64,000 bases of DNA from Gemmatimonadota bacterium (lineage in GTDB: Bacteria; Gemmatimonadota; Gemmatimonadetes; Gemmatimonadales; GWC2-71-9): NCBI GenBank assembly GCA_039591615.1, contig JBDHDH010000011.1:860-64859 (forward strand), read 5' to 3'. Shown piece after piece: positions 36,442-46,913 of the stretch. A program made the position numbers and the translations under genes. The notes beneath the pieces were generated by a model, which worked only from the letters and a program-made list of their open reading frames with translations, was not told the DNA's origin and did no database searches. Within the stretch, counting starts at the first letter, position 1, and each line of letters starts with the position of its first letter.

Positions 36442-37386
36442 CTACGCGTACGTGACCTTCGGGAGACCGACCTCGATTGTCGGCCGGTTGGCCTCTTCCC
36501 ACCGCGGGAGTTTGAGATCCTGACCCAAGCAGGGAAGTTCCTCATCGATGGTGAATCCGGGCTGTAGCGTCGCAACCTCGAACAGGACGCCACCCGGCTC
36601 TCGGAAATAGATCGAGCGAAAATAATTTCGGTCCAATACCTGGGTCGGCTGGTAACCAAGCCCCACCAGCTCCCGCCGCAGACGGAGTTGCTCCTCGCCA
36701 TCGGAGATGGCCATGGCGACGTGGTGTACGGTGCCGAGTCCGTTGCTGGCAGGTCCCGCCTCGGGAGCGTCCACTATGTCGATCGTCTTGCCCGGCTCGT
36801 CACCGTTCACGGCAACGCGGATCCGACCCTCTGCCTCGTTCACCACCTCGAAGCCGAGGAGATCCGTCATGAGCTCGAGCGTCTTGGCGGGCGATCGGAT
36901 GACCATTGTCACGCTGTGGAGTCCGCGGATGGCAGCTTCCGCACCGACACCACCGCCCGTCCACGGCGGGCGATCGTCCCGCTCGGTGACCACCAGCTCG
37001 AACACGAGCCCGGAAGGATCTTGGAACACGATAGACTCCTCTCCGAAACGTGGCCCCGCCTCTCGCACGGCGACACCACGCTCTGTGAGCCGCGTCTTCC
37101 AGAAACCGAGCGAACCGGCAGGAACCGAAAAGGACGTCACCGTGATCTGCCCTGCGCCCTTCTCACCCACGGGCACGCCCCAGCCCTTGTATGGGAACGT
37201 GGTCCAGATGGTACTGGGCGTTCCGCGCTCGTTGCCGTAGTAGAAGTGATAGACGTTGTGGTTGTCGAAGTTGACAGTCTTTTTCACGAGCCGGAGGCCC
37301 AGGGCGTCAATACAAAAGTCGAGGTCTTCCTGCGCGTCATCGACCGTCGCTGTAACATGGTGCAAACTGCGGATCGGTTGCTCCAT
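36442..37386 (-). CDS. Ring-cleaving extradiol dioxygenase, VOC/glyoxalase family (MhqO/MhqE-like)
   Basis: Four VOC modules (LHHVTATV..., GLHSVTMV..., VHHVAMA...). GGAGGGAG lies upstream of ATG 37386. Confidence 0.75.
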   Translation of the reverse strand: MEQPIRSLHHVTATVDDAQEDLDFCIDALGLRLVKKTVNFDNHNVYHFYYGNERGTPSTIWTTFPYKGWGVPVGEKGAGQITVTSFSVPAGSLGFWKTRLTERGVAVREAGPRFGEESIVFQDPSGLVFELVVTERDDRPPWTGGGVGAEAAIRGLHSVTMVIRSPAKTLELMTDLLGFEVVNEAEGRIRVAVNGDEPGKTIDIVDAPEAGPASNGLGTVHHVAMAISDGEEQLRLRRELVGLGYQPTQVLDRNYFRSIYFREPGGVLFEVATLQPGFTIDEELPCLGQDLKLPRWEEANRPTIEVGLPKVTYA

Positions 37387-37610
37387 GATGACTCCCTCCA
37401 CATCGGTTCGACTGTCCGGACGTAGAAGCTAGCGGGACGCCACGGGTGCATGCCACTACGGCACAGGTGCGCTGGCTCGCCCCACCGGCGGCCGGGCGGC
37501 GGGCAGCCGGCACGTGCGTGGAGGTGGTCGGCGGCCCGCTGCCAAAAAAGAAAGCCGTCGCGGACGCGACGGCTTTGCGAGCTGGTGGAAGGACGGTTAT
37601 CCCGAAGCAA

Positions 37611-38810
37611 TCACGAAAACTCCAGTTGGTCCGGGTCCTCCGGGCTGCTATCGCCCGGCCCCTCATCCCTGAGGCGCGTTTCCTCGAGGCGCTCCAACAT
37701 GGCGTCCCGCAATCCGTACCTACCCTGATCGGCATACAGAATGGCCAGATTGAGCAGCGTCACCTCGTCCCACAACGTGCGCTCCCACGCTCCAGCGTCC
37801 CGCAGCGCGATAGCGCGCAGGTACATCGCTTCCGCTTCTTCCTCTCTGCCCTGGATCTGGCAAACGAGGCCAACGCGGTCACAGGCGTACGCCATCTTCG
37901 GGTGCATTTCCCCGACGGTTGACAGCACCGTACTCAAGGCGTCGCGAAAACATTCCTCGGCCACCGCCACGTAGTCATCTGCAGACTTCTTCGCCAAGAG
38001 AATCATGCCCCGGCGCAGGCTGCAGTCCGCCTGATGCAGCGCTGCGGCGGCGGCTCCGGTGGCGCCAGGGGGATCCGGCGGTCCCCCGAGACGGGTTACC
38101 ACACCCCACGATCCGCGATGTGCCGGTGCGAGCAGCAGCTCGGGCCGCGCTGTCACGTCGTCGTCCTGATCGCCATCGTCGGCACCCCACCCGTGGTCGG
38201 CGGAATCCTCGGATTGCGTCAGAGCGGGAACGGGATCGTGGGTCGCATCAGCGACAGAACACTCCACGACCTGCATCCCATAGAACGGATTGCCCACGAA
38301 CAGTTTGAGCAACCCTGCTTGCTCCGTGCGTTCCCGGAGCAGCTCGTGCAGGGGGGCCTCTTCCCCGTCCCCAGCTGCCGCACACTCCGCGGCGCGGGCC
38401 GCTCGCCGGGCTCGGCCGTACAGCGAGTTGCCAGTGAGCGAGAACCATTCGGGTGAAGCGCTCTCGAGCCCGCGATCAGGAGTGCGGAAGTCCTCCAGGT
38501 CGAGACGGGCAAAGCCCACGCACCATGTGACGAAACGCTCCAGGGCACTGAGCATCCTCTCAGGATACTCGACGTACTGCAACCGGACCGCATGGCCCAG
38601 CATGAAGATCAGGAACTCGGGATTCCGGGAAGCGCGCCAGGCGTCGTCCAGCGTTTCGTACTGGGTCGCCCAGTCGGTCCACTCCCGAAGAAAGGGAGCA
38701 TCTCCGCTGCGCGTGAGCGTTGCTGCCTCATCAAAGAAGTCGCTGACCCTTGCGGGCGCCCGTCGCGGTGCGCCGGCGCGCCGGGTCTCGGGAACTCTGT
38801 GTGAAGACAT
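37611..38810 (-). CDS. Orphan N-terminal-domain plus TPR protein: paralog 2
   Basis: Colinear with 33429-34616 along its whole length, with roughly two thirds of residues identical by eye. Both end in an acidic tail ...DPDQLE(L/F). Confidence 0.7.
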   Translation of the reverse strand: MSSHRVPETRRAGAPRRAPARVSDFFDEAATLTRSGDAPFLREWTDWATQYETLDDAWRASRNPEFLIFMLGHAVRLQYVEYPERMLSALERFVTWCVGFARLDLEDFRTPDRGLESASPEWFSLTGNSLYGRARRAARAAECAAAGDGEEAPLHELLRERTEQAGLLKLFVGNPFYGMQVVECSVADATHDPVPALTQSEDSADHGWGADDGDQDDDVTARPELLLAPAHRGSWGVVTRLGGPPDPPGATGAAAAALHQADCSLRRGMILLAKKSADDYVAVAEECFRDALSTVLSTVGEMHPKMAYACDRVGLVCQIQGREEEAEAMYLRAIALRDAGAWERTLWDEVTLLNLAILYADQGRYGLRDAMLERLEETRLRDEGPGDSSPEDPDQLEFS

Positions 38811-38997
38811 CGTCTGCCCTTTCGTTGGCGGATTCCGTCTTACTCGAATGACTCCGGTCGTGTTTGCTACGGCTGTTCGGCCACCGTTTGGACGGTTGGC
38901 AACTTGTCGCGGAGTCGGTGCTCTTACCTGCACTCTCCATGCCGGGTGGTCGAGGCCGCCATGACGCCCGCGCCAGAACCTGCGTATCGGAGGGGAG

Positions 38998-39013
38998 TGT
39001 GATAAACCTCACA
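38998..39013. promoter_or_regulatory. Perfect CRP/FNR-type palindrome TGTGA-TAAACC-TCACA
   Basis: The sequence was read directly. It lies 188 nt upstream of the paralog 2 start. The half-sites are identical to site 1, while 4 of 6 spacer bases differ. Confidence 0.6.
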
Positions 39014-39353
39014 CCAGAAACGGCTCCACGCAGAACCGCGGTCATCGCATTCCGCGATGTTGTTGGCAGTCTGTGGTGGACTCCATTCGCTCGTAACCTC
39101 CGCATTCCCCACGTCCGCTGTCTTCGTAAATCACCAGCACGAGATGGGAATCCGCGACGAAGGTGTCTCGTGGCACGCAGCACTCGTATTTCCGTGCAAC
39201 CAGGTGATAACGCCGCTGCCGTCGACCTCACGACCCCGCAGGCATCGGCGCAAACAGCGCAAGAGTGAGATCGAGGTCGTGAGGTTCACGGCGTCGTCAG
39301 GGGTTCGACCAGCAAGCCAGCTGTGCAATCTGGCTCGGGGGCCGTAGCTTGCG

Positions 39354-40253
39354 ATGACGGCGGGCCCACAACACGAGTCCGCCGTCACTCATAACGACAC
39401 CTGGCCATGGTCCCCCGATGAGCGCCCGCACGTGACCGTCCACGACACTCGGGCACCCGCATCCGATCCATCCGGCCCATCCATCCCGCCGGCGGTGTGG
39501 TTCTTTCTCCTGACCGCGTTTGGGATCTCATGGGGTGCGATCTTTCTCAGGCGAGCCGCGGACGAGGGCTTGCGTCTGACGACGAAGTTCGGACCGAGCA
39601 TCGCCGGCCTGATCGCGGCCTTTCGCGTGGGCCGAATGGTGGGCGTCCGCGACATTACGCGCCGGCTATTAACCGTGCGCGTTCGCATCGCCTGGTTCGC
39701 ACTCTGCCTGTTCCTGCCGGTAATCATCTCGATGGGCTCCCTCGCCATCCGAAGCATCTTTGGCAGCGACGTGTGGAGAGCGAGCGAGGTCAATCTGATG
39801 AGTGGACTGGGATTGTACCTCTCGCTCCTGGCCACACGGCTCTTTGCCGGAGGTGGCTTGGGCGAGGAGTTGGGCTGGCGGGGATTCATGTTACCGCACC
39901 TTCAGGCTCGAATTGGCGCCCTCCACGCCAGCATCGTGATTGGCCTGTTCCACGGAGCCTGGCATCTCCCCGCGTACGGGATTGCCACCCTCTTTCTCAC
40001 GGTGTTCACCGTTTCAGGTGCCATCGTCTTCCCGTGAATGTACAATCGGACAGACGGGAATCTGCTGTTGCCAGCGCTGATGCACGCCTGTGCCAACGCT
40101 AGCCTCCCCGTCCTCGAAACGGTGTTTCCCATCATCGACGGAGAGCTCGCGTTCCCGCTCATCGTGTTCGGAGCGTGGGGGACCCTGGCGGTCCTTCTGG
40201 TGCTGGTGGCCGGGCCGTCGGGCCTCGGACCACCGCCAGCCGGGAGACGATAA
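39354..40253 (+). pseudogene. CPBP family intramembrane glutamic endopeptidase (CAAX protease/Abi) interrupted by one in-frame TGA at 40035-40037
   Basis: Motif 1 EELGWRG and motif 2 FHGAWH lie before the stop. Motif 3 (LLLPALMHACAN) is in the same frame immediately after it: ...GAIVFP-TGA-MYNRTDGNLL. Confidence 0.7.
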
Positions 40254-40349
40254 CATCGAGTAGTCATCCCAATCGACCTGCGGGCTCTCGAACGCAAAGC
40301 TCGGCGACCTGTCTACTCTGACGACCTGCTCGATCTCTTCCTAGGGTGG

Positions 40350-40919
40350 TTGCTGCTTGCGGGCTGGCTGCGCGCCGAGGCTCAGGGACGTGCCGGCGTT
40401 GGCGCCCGTACCGAGCGCGGCGTGAACGTGACGGCCCAGACCCGGACGACTCTCGACATAGTGCTGCCACACGCCGCCAACGAGTTCCTTCGCATCGAAG
40501 GCCCGTCCGTCCTCGCCGTCGGTCAGACGGCGAGGTTCCCGGCGGTAGTGGGCGATCCGCTCGGGCAACCGGTTGAAAATCCCGGCGTCCGCTGGCTCAG
40601 CACCGACACGATCGTAGCCGCCGCGCCGACAGTGGGCGTTCGCTGGGGTCCCCGAGCCGTGGCCTCGGTGACCCTCCAGCCCGGCACCGCAACGATACCG
40701 GTGGGGGACAGCCTCGCCATCGCCGCGCTCCTGCTCGATTCCTCCGGCATGGTTCTCACCGGCCGTGCCATCGCGTGGGGGAGCAGCGATTCGTCGGTCG
40801 TCGGGTTCTTGAGCGGGTGGCCCGTTGGTGGTACTGGGAGGAATGGCACCTGGTACGTCGACGATCACGGCAACAAGCGAGGGACAAGGCGGCAGCGCGA
40901 GGGTTACGGTGACCCCCTA
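40350..40919 (+). pseudogene. Bacterial Ig-like (Big_2) repeat protein, frameshifted near 40800-40815 and lacking a convincing N-terminus
   Basis: Two Big_2-like repeats are present. The canonical repeat end APGTSTITATSEGQGGSARVTVTP-stop is in a different frame from the preceding AIAWGSSDSSVV. There is no ATG start or signal peptide. Confidence 0.35.
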
Positions 40920-41096
40920 AGGCGGCGGATCAGCGCCCAGCGTTCCAGAGCCGATCCGGCCACTCGTGGCCTCTCACGCGCGGATGGGCGCGAGTTCTGC
41001 GGGTGAGATGGCACCCCGATTGGACGCCCTCATGAGGAGGGCGGCGGAAGCTGTCCGCCGCCCTCCTCGTTTTGACTCCAGCCGTCACTCTCCCCC

Positions 41097-42353
41097 TCAC
41101 GTGCGAGCCATCACGCTGACCTCCCCGGTGCCTGCCACGCCTTCCGTGCCTTCCCTCTTCGGGACCGACCGCACGAACTCCCCGAAGTGCAGACACTCTT
41201 CGAGACGGCACGACCATGCGAGCTGTCCCTTCCACACCGTCATGTCCGGACACCCGTCACACATGTTCTGCCGGCCGTCCGCCAGTACGTCAATGGGCTG
41301 GATGATCATGATGGATTGGACGTGGAGCCGGCGGAACAAGAGTCTCGGATCGAATGCCGCCTGCGCCAAGGTGCTCCTGAGACCACGGTCGAACGGAGAC
41401 AACAACAGCATGGTCCGTCCACGTCGCAGCGCCGACGGGGATGCGTACGCCATATAGCGACCGGTCCGGAGATGGTGAAAGGTCTGGACCATCTCCGCCA
41501 TCTTGGGACCCACGTACCCGTAAGTTCGATCACGGGTGCCGAGACGGAGCGTCAGTAACCATTTGAACGAGTCTGGCGTCTCGGTGCCATTGAGGTAGGC
41601 GCACGGCGCGAAGTCCGGGAAACGCCGGCGTATCGTCTCCAGCACGTCCGGTGCGGAGATGTCGATGCGGTGCTGTGGGGTCTCCTCCCCATAGGTCACA
41701 GCGCTCATGTCCACCCGCCGGTCGCCCGCGTAGTACGCGAACTCGCCTTCGAGGGCCGCCGCTCGAAAACAGATGAACACCATCACGTGCACCAGGTCGA
41801 TATGACGCTGCGCCCATTCCACTAGGCCGGGGACGTCGTCCAGGGTGTCTTCGTAGACCGTAGAGTTGAAGGCGCACGACAGATTTCCTGCGTCCGCCAC
41901 CATCCTCGCGTAGTGGAGGCGCAGGGCGTTCAAGTCCATCTCACTCGCTTTCTTCCACTTCGGCCTCCCCTGCTTGCTATCGATATGGAACGTGAGACCG
42001 GCGAGCCCGGCCCGCTTCAGTTCTCCGAGAAGCTTCTCGGTCAGGGCGAGACCGTTCGTGTTGAGGATCGGCTTCCACCCTCGCCTCGCGACCAGTTGCA
42101 CGATGTCGACGATCTGCGGGTGCGTCAGCGGATCGCCTCCAGCGATCGAGATCCCGTCGACCGTTCGATAGCGCTCGAACACGTCCAAGTCCGCCGCCAC
42201 ACCCTCCAACGACTTGTGTTCGTTCAGGTTCGCACGATAGCAACCTTCGCAGGCGAGGTTGCACTTAGCGGTCGGCTCGAGCCACGCGATCGCGTTGTCG
42301 GGCAAGCTCCAGGGCAGCCGATAGAGCGAACGATGATCGAGTCCTTGGGTCAT
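41097..42353 (-). CDS. Radical SAM enzyme of unassigned subfamily with a Cys-rich C-terminus
   Basis: CNLACEGCY (CxxxCxxC), then GGDPLTHP, and C-terminal CDGCPD...WSCRLEEC. GGAGGAG RBS before ATG 42353. Confidence 0.8.
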   Translation of the reverse strand: MTQGLDHRSLYRLPWSLPDNAIAWLEPTAKCNLACEGCYRANLNEHKSLEGVAADLDVFERYRTVDGISIAGGDPLTHPQIVDIVQLVARRGWKPILNTNGLALTEKLLGELKRAGLAGLTFHIDSKQGRPKWKKASEMDLNALRLHYARMVADAGNLSCAFNSTVYEDTLDDVPGLVEWAQRHIDLVHVMVFICFRAAALEGEFAYYAGDRRVDMSAVTYGEETPQHRIDISAPDVLETIRRRFPDFAPCAYLNGTETPDSFKWLLTLRLGTRDRTYGYVGPKMAEMVQTFHHLRTGRYMAYASPSALRRGRTMLLLSPFDRGLRSTLAQAAFDPRLLFRRLHVQSIMIIQPIDVLADGRQNMCDGCPDMTVWKGQLAWSCRLEECLHFGEFVRSVPKREGTEGVAGTGEVSVMART

Positions 42354-42564
42354 GGCTCCTCCGGACGTAGCGCGTTGCGGATGAGAGGGGTAGACCCCCG
42401 AGGTCATCGGGGATCGCTTCACCTAGACTTCGGTGCGGTAAGAAACCATGAAATGCGCATGAAGTCCCTTTGCAACGGGAGCATTCGGCTTTCACATGAT
42501 CGAGCGGGGTCACTCCGTTGCTCCCCCGCCGAGCCCCTCACAGCCTCCCGCTCACAGCCGGCTC

Positions 42565-43611
42565 TCACTGCTCAGTTGCAAGCACCACCTTGCCGAGGTT
42601 GCCTCTGGCGTGGAGGTAGGCATGCGCCCCGACAGCGCCGGCACGATCGAACGAAAACACTCGGTCCACGATCGGCCGGAGCTCCCCGTTCGCCACACCA
42701 CGAAAGATTTCTTCGAGCGCCGGCCGCAGGATGGCCTCTTTGGACCCCAGATGGAGGAGATGCACGCCGAACACCCCGATGTTCGGCTCGATGAGCGAGA
42801 GCGGGTGGAAGCGGGGCGTCCGGAGCCACGCCCGCGCCGCCTGGATCCAGTCACGCTTTCGCTTGGGCATGGCATCACTCAGACCGTAGAAGACCAGCCG
42901 ACCCAATGGCGCCAGCAACCGACGGCAGGCTAGCGTGGCGCGACCACCCACCGGATCCAGTGCCAAATCGATCCCCCGGTATCCAACGAACTCCCGGACG
43001 CCATCCTCCCACTCGCTGCGGGAGTCGAAGCAGGCTTCGGCGCCGAGTTCTTCCGTGACGAACTTCCGCTTGCGCTGGTCGCCTGCGGTGCCGATCACGC
43101 GGAGGCCACGCCGTACCGCCAGTTGCACCGCCGCGGTGCCCACACCGCCTCCGGCCCCCAAAACGAGACCCGTCTCGCCCGCTCGCGCGTTCCCTACCTC
43201 GAACAGACAGACCCAAGCGGTCAGAAAGACTACCGGGATCGCCGCCGCCTGCACGGCCGTGAGGGAGGGCGGGTAACGAAAGATCTGTGCGGCCGGCACA
43301 ACGAGGTCCCGGGCATATCCGCCGTAGCGCAGGAGGGCAACCGCCCGATCGCCCACCCGCCAGCCGTCGACCTGGGGACCGACCTCGATCACCTCGCCTG
43401 CAACCTCGAAGCCTGGGGAGTAGGGGCGTGGGGGGACGGTGTCGTACAATCCGGCTCGCATGAACAGGTCGGCGAAGTTGACGCCGGCTGCCTTCACCCT
43501 CAGTCGCACGTCGGTGGCGCCCAATTCGCGCAACGGGACCTCACGCTCAACGAGTACTTCGGGTGCGCCGTGGCGCTCGATGAGGACGGCGCGTGTCACG
43601 TCAGGATTCAT
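42565..43611 (-). CDS. MDR-superfamily NAD(P)H-dependent oxidoreductase (quinone oxidoreductase/VAT-1-like)
   Basis: GAPEVL, GVNFAD, and the Rossmann motif [16 protein letters not shown]. Confidence 0.8.
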   Translation of the reverse strand: MNPDVTRAVLIERHGAPEVLVEREVPLRELGATDVRLRVKAAGVNFADLFMRAGLYDTVPPRPYSPGFEVAGEVIEVGPQVDGWRVGDRAVALLRYGGYARDLVVPAAQIFRYPPSLTAVQAAAIPVVFLTAWVCLFEVGNARAGETGLVLGAGGGVGTAAVQLAVRRGLRVIGTAGDQRKRKFVTEELGAEACFDSRSEWEDGVREFVGYRGIDLALDPVGGRATLACRRLLAPLGRLVFYGLSDAMPKRKRDWIQAARAWLRTPRFHPLSLIEPNIGVFGVHLLHLGSKEAILRPALEEIFRGVANGELRPIVDRVFSFDRAGAVGAHAYLHARGNLGKVVLATEQ

Positions 43612-43683
43612 CGGCAGTGCCTCCGAAGGACCGTCCCCGACTGACCCGGCGTCACGAGGAATGTCCGTTGCGGCAGGTGGTGC

Positions 43684-46600
43684 TCAACTGGCGGTGGGTG
43701 GAGCGGAATCCACTCCCTTCAACACCTCATCCAGCACGGATAAGAACAAGGTACAGTGCTCCTCTCGCATGCGCATCGGCGGCTTGATCTTGAGCACGTT
43801 GCGGTGGAGCCCGTCGATTGCGAGCAGCACGCCGAGGTCCTTCGCCCGTTCGATCACGGCCGTGGCCTCGGCGTCCGCCGGCTCCTGGGTCACCCGATCC
43901 CTGACCAGTTCGACGCCGATGAACAGGCCGAGGCCCCGGACGTCGCCAATCAGGGGATACCGACGACCGAGCGCTCGAAGCCCGTCCATCAGGCATCTAC
44001 CCATCCGCGAGGCGTTGTGCCGGAGACGCTCGTCCCGGATCACGTCCAGCACCGCCAGCCCGATCGCGGCGGAGACGGGGTTTCCGCCAAAGGTGTTGAA
44101 GTACTCCATCCCGTTGGCGAAGGACGCGGCGATCTCGGGCGTCGTGATGACGGCCGCCAAGGGATGACCGTTCCCGAGCGGTTTCCCCAGCGTCACGATG
44201 TCCGGCACCACGCCCTGGGTCTCGAAGGCCCACATGTGGGTGCCCACCCGTCCCAACCCCACTTGGACCTCGTCGGCCACGCACACACCGCCGCAGTCCC
44301 GGACGTGTGCGTACGTCTCCGCGAGGAACCGCGGCGGCAGAATGATTTGCCCACCGCAACTGATGGCGGACTCTGCGAAGAACGCGGCCAGTCCCCATCC
44401 ATCAGCCCTCAACGATTCGATCTCACCGGCAACAGCTCGGGCGTAACGCTCGCCGCACTGCGGATCGGCGTACTTGAACGGCCCACGATAGCCGTCGGGC
44501 ATGACAGACACCCCGACGTGCGGTGGCCGGCCCGAGCCGCCCGGACCGTTGAATTTGTATGGGCTGATCTCGACGAGTGACGTCAGGTGTCCGTGATAGG
44601 CCTGATCGAGGACCACCACACCACGTTGCCCGCTGTGCGCCCGTGCCATCCTGAGGGCAAGATCGTTTGCCTCGCTGCCCGAGTTCACCACATAGCATAC
44701 CGCGAGCGGCTCGGGAAACGTGGCAACCAGGCGGCGTGCGTATTCGATGAGGGCATCGGACAGATACCGCGTATTGGTGTTCAGTCTCGCCATCTGCTCC
44801 TGGCCGGCCCGTACCACCCGGGGATGGCAGTGACCGACGTGACAGACGTTGTTGACCATGTCCAAGTAGGCGCGGCCGTCCGCGTCGTAGAGGAACTGCC
44901 CCTCCCCTCGCACGATCGCGAGAGGCTCGGCATAGGAGAGGCTGAGGGACGGCCCGAGGAATTGCCGGCGGCGGAGAAGATGGTATTCCCGCTCCCGTGG
45001 CACGCTCGCACGACAACCTTCGGGGATTCGCAGCATCAAGTTCGGGTCGGGGCTCACGCTCTGCCACACGTCGATGGCGCTCGGGGCGGCGACCCCGTCG
45101 ACGTCGCATCCGAGATCTAGCGTGTGCGTGAGCACCTGAAAGTGGAGATGCGGCGCCCAGTTGCCGTTGACGGAAGAATCTCCGATGTGGCCGATCGTGT
45201 CTCCTGCCTCGACGCGGCTTCCCGGCGAGAGCCCGTCCAAGGAGTCGAGACTCAGATGCCCATAGAGCGTCCAGAAAACACCGTCGTCGGTGGCGTGCTC
45301 GAGCACGATTACCGGCCCGTAGTCACCTTCCCTCGCATTGTTGGCGCAAGCGTGGACCACGCCGTCGAGAGGTGCATAGATCGGCTCACCAACCGGTAGA
45401 AAGAGATCGACACCCAGATGCACCATGCGCCGCTCGCTCGACCTCGGGACAGCGAACTGCGGTGCCCGATACCACGCCCGATTCTCGAGGTATCGGCCGA
45501 TGCCGATCACCGCGCCTTTCTCTTGCATGCGATCGAAGAGGGCTTCCGTGATTGCCGCGACATCCGGCAGCACCTCCAGGCGCGCCGCTTCCTCGCTGCC
45601 CGCGGTAAAGTCAAAGGTGAGTCGCGGAACCGTTGCGAGATCGTGACGAGTGACCCCAGCAAACACGTCACTGTGGACTTCCATCCAGTTCACGATCGCC
45701 CTGCTGCTCGGATTCGGTTCCCGCCCACACACGTCGCGAAACCGGAAGTGAGCGAGATGGCGATTCTCCCCTCGCAGCCGCTGCAGCAGTTCCCACACCG
45801 ACTGCTGACTGACCAGGAGATACTCGTTCTCGGGCGCCCGTTGCGACTGCCATGCCGCCATGCACATGCTCATGGCGAGGCGGGTCTCGACCAAATCGAA
45901 CAGCAACTCGAGCTCCGTGTCGGTGAGGCGAATGACCTCGTCGTAGGCGGCAACCAGCGGGAGGATCCCCTCCACAGGCAACTCCGAGCCGAGCATCGCG
46001 TAGGCACAGCCCACCGCGACACCGCACACCGTTGGACTGTACATGAGGTCGCCGAAGTCGATGAGTCCGACGACCGTTCGTTCCGGCCCAACCAGGATGT
46101 TGCGCTCACTGGCGTCGTTGTGGATCACCTGGGCGCGGCAGGCGGCGAGGCGCGGCCCGATGTCGTGCGCGAACCGCGCCAGCAGATCAGCAGCCATCGC
46201 GCGGCGGACCCCGTCATCAATCAAGGGGAGCAACTCCCGGCACTCCGCAGCGAACTGCATCCCCCATCGGTAAGGCCGCTGCATCGCGGGATGCTCGAAA
46301 TCCGCAAGGGCTCGGTCGACCCGAGCCACGAACGTGCCGAGGGACGCGACCAGCGATGGTTCGTACGGGCCGGCCTCCGCCCACACGGTACCCGGAATCC
46401 ACGTGAGAAGCCGAGCCCACCGGTGCGAGCCATCGTCTACACAAACACGCGGGGTCTCGTCACCATTCCGCGACGGTACCACGCGTTGCACCGGGAGCGA
46501 TCGGTCGCTCCTGGCGATGTGCTCGAGGGCGCGGTTTTGGAGATCGAGGACCCGTGGATCGGCATACGCGCCATGAACTTTCAGAACGAAGCTGCCCGTG

Positions 46601-46734
46601 GGCGCCGTGATGCGAAAATTGCGATCCCGCTCCCCGGGTAGGGCCTCGACGGCGCCGGTGAGACCGTAGAGGCGCTCGAGCAGCTCAGCGGCGGTGGCGG
46701 CTGTGACCGGCCCGGTCTTGGGAGGTGAGCTCAT
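43684..46734 (-). CDS. Tri-domain protein: APH-type kinase (hydroxylysine-kinase-like), M23 peptidase domain and class-III PLP aminotransferase/phospho-lyase-like domain
   Basis: Kinase motifs [11 protein letters not shown] and IDFGD. M23 motifs HLGVD...YGHL...APHLHFQ. PLP domain [11 protein letters not shown]...[12 protein letters not shown]. The protein is 1016 aa. Confidence 0.85.
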   Translation of the reverse strand: MSSPPKTGPVTAATAAELLERLYGLTGAVEALPGERDRNFRITAPTGSFVLKVHGAYADPRVLDLQNRALEHIARSDRSLPVQRVVPSRNGDETPRVCVDDGSHRWARLLTWIPGTVWAEAGPYEPSLVASLGTFVARVDRALADFEHPAMQRPYRWGMQFAAECRELLPLIDDGVRRAMAADLLARFAHDIGPRLAACRAQVIHNDASERNILVGPERTVVGLIDFGDLMYSPTVCGVAVGCAYAMLGSELPVEGILPLVAAYDEVIRLTDTELELLFDLVETRLAMSMCMAAWQSQRAPENEYLLVSQQSVWELLQRLRGENRHLAHFRFRDVCGREPNPSSRAIVNWMEVHSDVFAGVTRHDLATVPRLTFDFTAGSEEAARLEVLPDVAAITEALFDRMQEKGAVIGIGRYLENRAWYRAPQFAVPRSSERRMVHLGVDLFLPVGEPIYAPLDGVVHACANNAREGDYGPVIVLEHATDDGVFWTLYGHLSLDSLDGLSPGSRVEAGDTIGHIGDSSVNGNWAPHLHFQVLTHTLDLGCDVDGVAAPSAIDVWQSVSPDPNLMLRIPEGCRASVPREREYHLLRRRQFLGPSLSLSYAEPLAIVRGEGQFLYDADGRAYLDMVNNVCHVGHCHPRVVRAGQEQMARLNTNTRYLSDALIEYARRLVATFPEPLAVCYVVNSGSEANDLALRMARAHSGQRGVVVLDQAYHGHLTSLVEISPYKFNGPGGSGRPPHVGVSVMPDGYRGPFKYADPQCGERYARAVAGEIESLRADGWGLAAFFAESAISCGGQIILPPRFLAETYAHVRDCGGVCVADEVQVGLGRVGTHMWAFETQGVVPDIVTLGKPLGNGHPLAAVITTPEIAASFANGMEYFNTFGGNPVSAAIGLAVLDVIRDERLRHNASRMGRCLMDGLRALGRRYPLIGDVRGLGLFIGVELVRDRVTQEPADAEATAVIERAKDLGVLLAIDGLHRNVLKIKPPMRMREEHCTLFLSVLDEVLKGVDSAPPTAS

Positions 46735-46913
46735 GGTCCAACTGAAAATATAGGAACAAAGAAAGGAACAGTGAGGCCACTAGCACCAGCTGGACGTTGA
46801 AACTGGGAGGCTCCTGTCGAACGAAGGGATTCTGGTGGTGGGCTGGGCGACAGGCTCGGCAGCATCGCCCCAGGAAAGGTCGCAGAAGCCGACCCCCGAG
46901 GGGGACCATCACA

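Noticed and set aside
42354-42564. 211-nt leader upstream of the second radical SAM gene, examined for a cobalamin or SAM riboswitch
   Set aside because: I could not find a B12 box or SAM-riboswitch core motifs by eye. A covariance-model scan would be needed.
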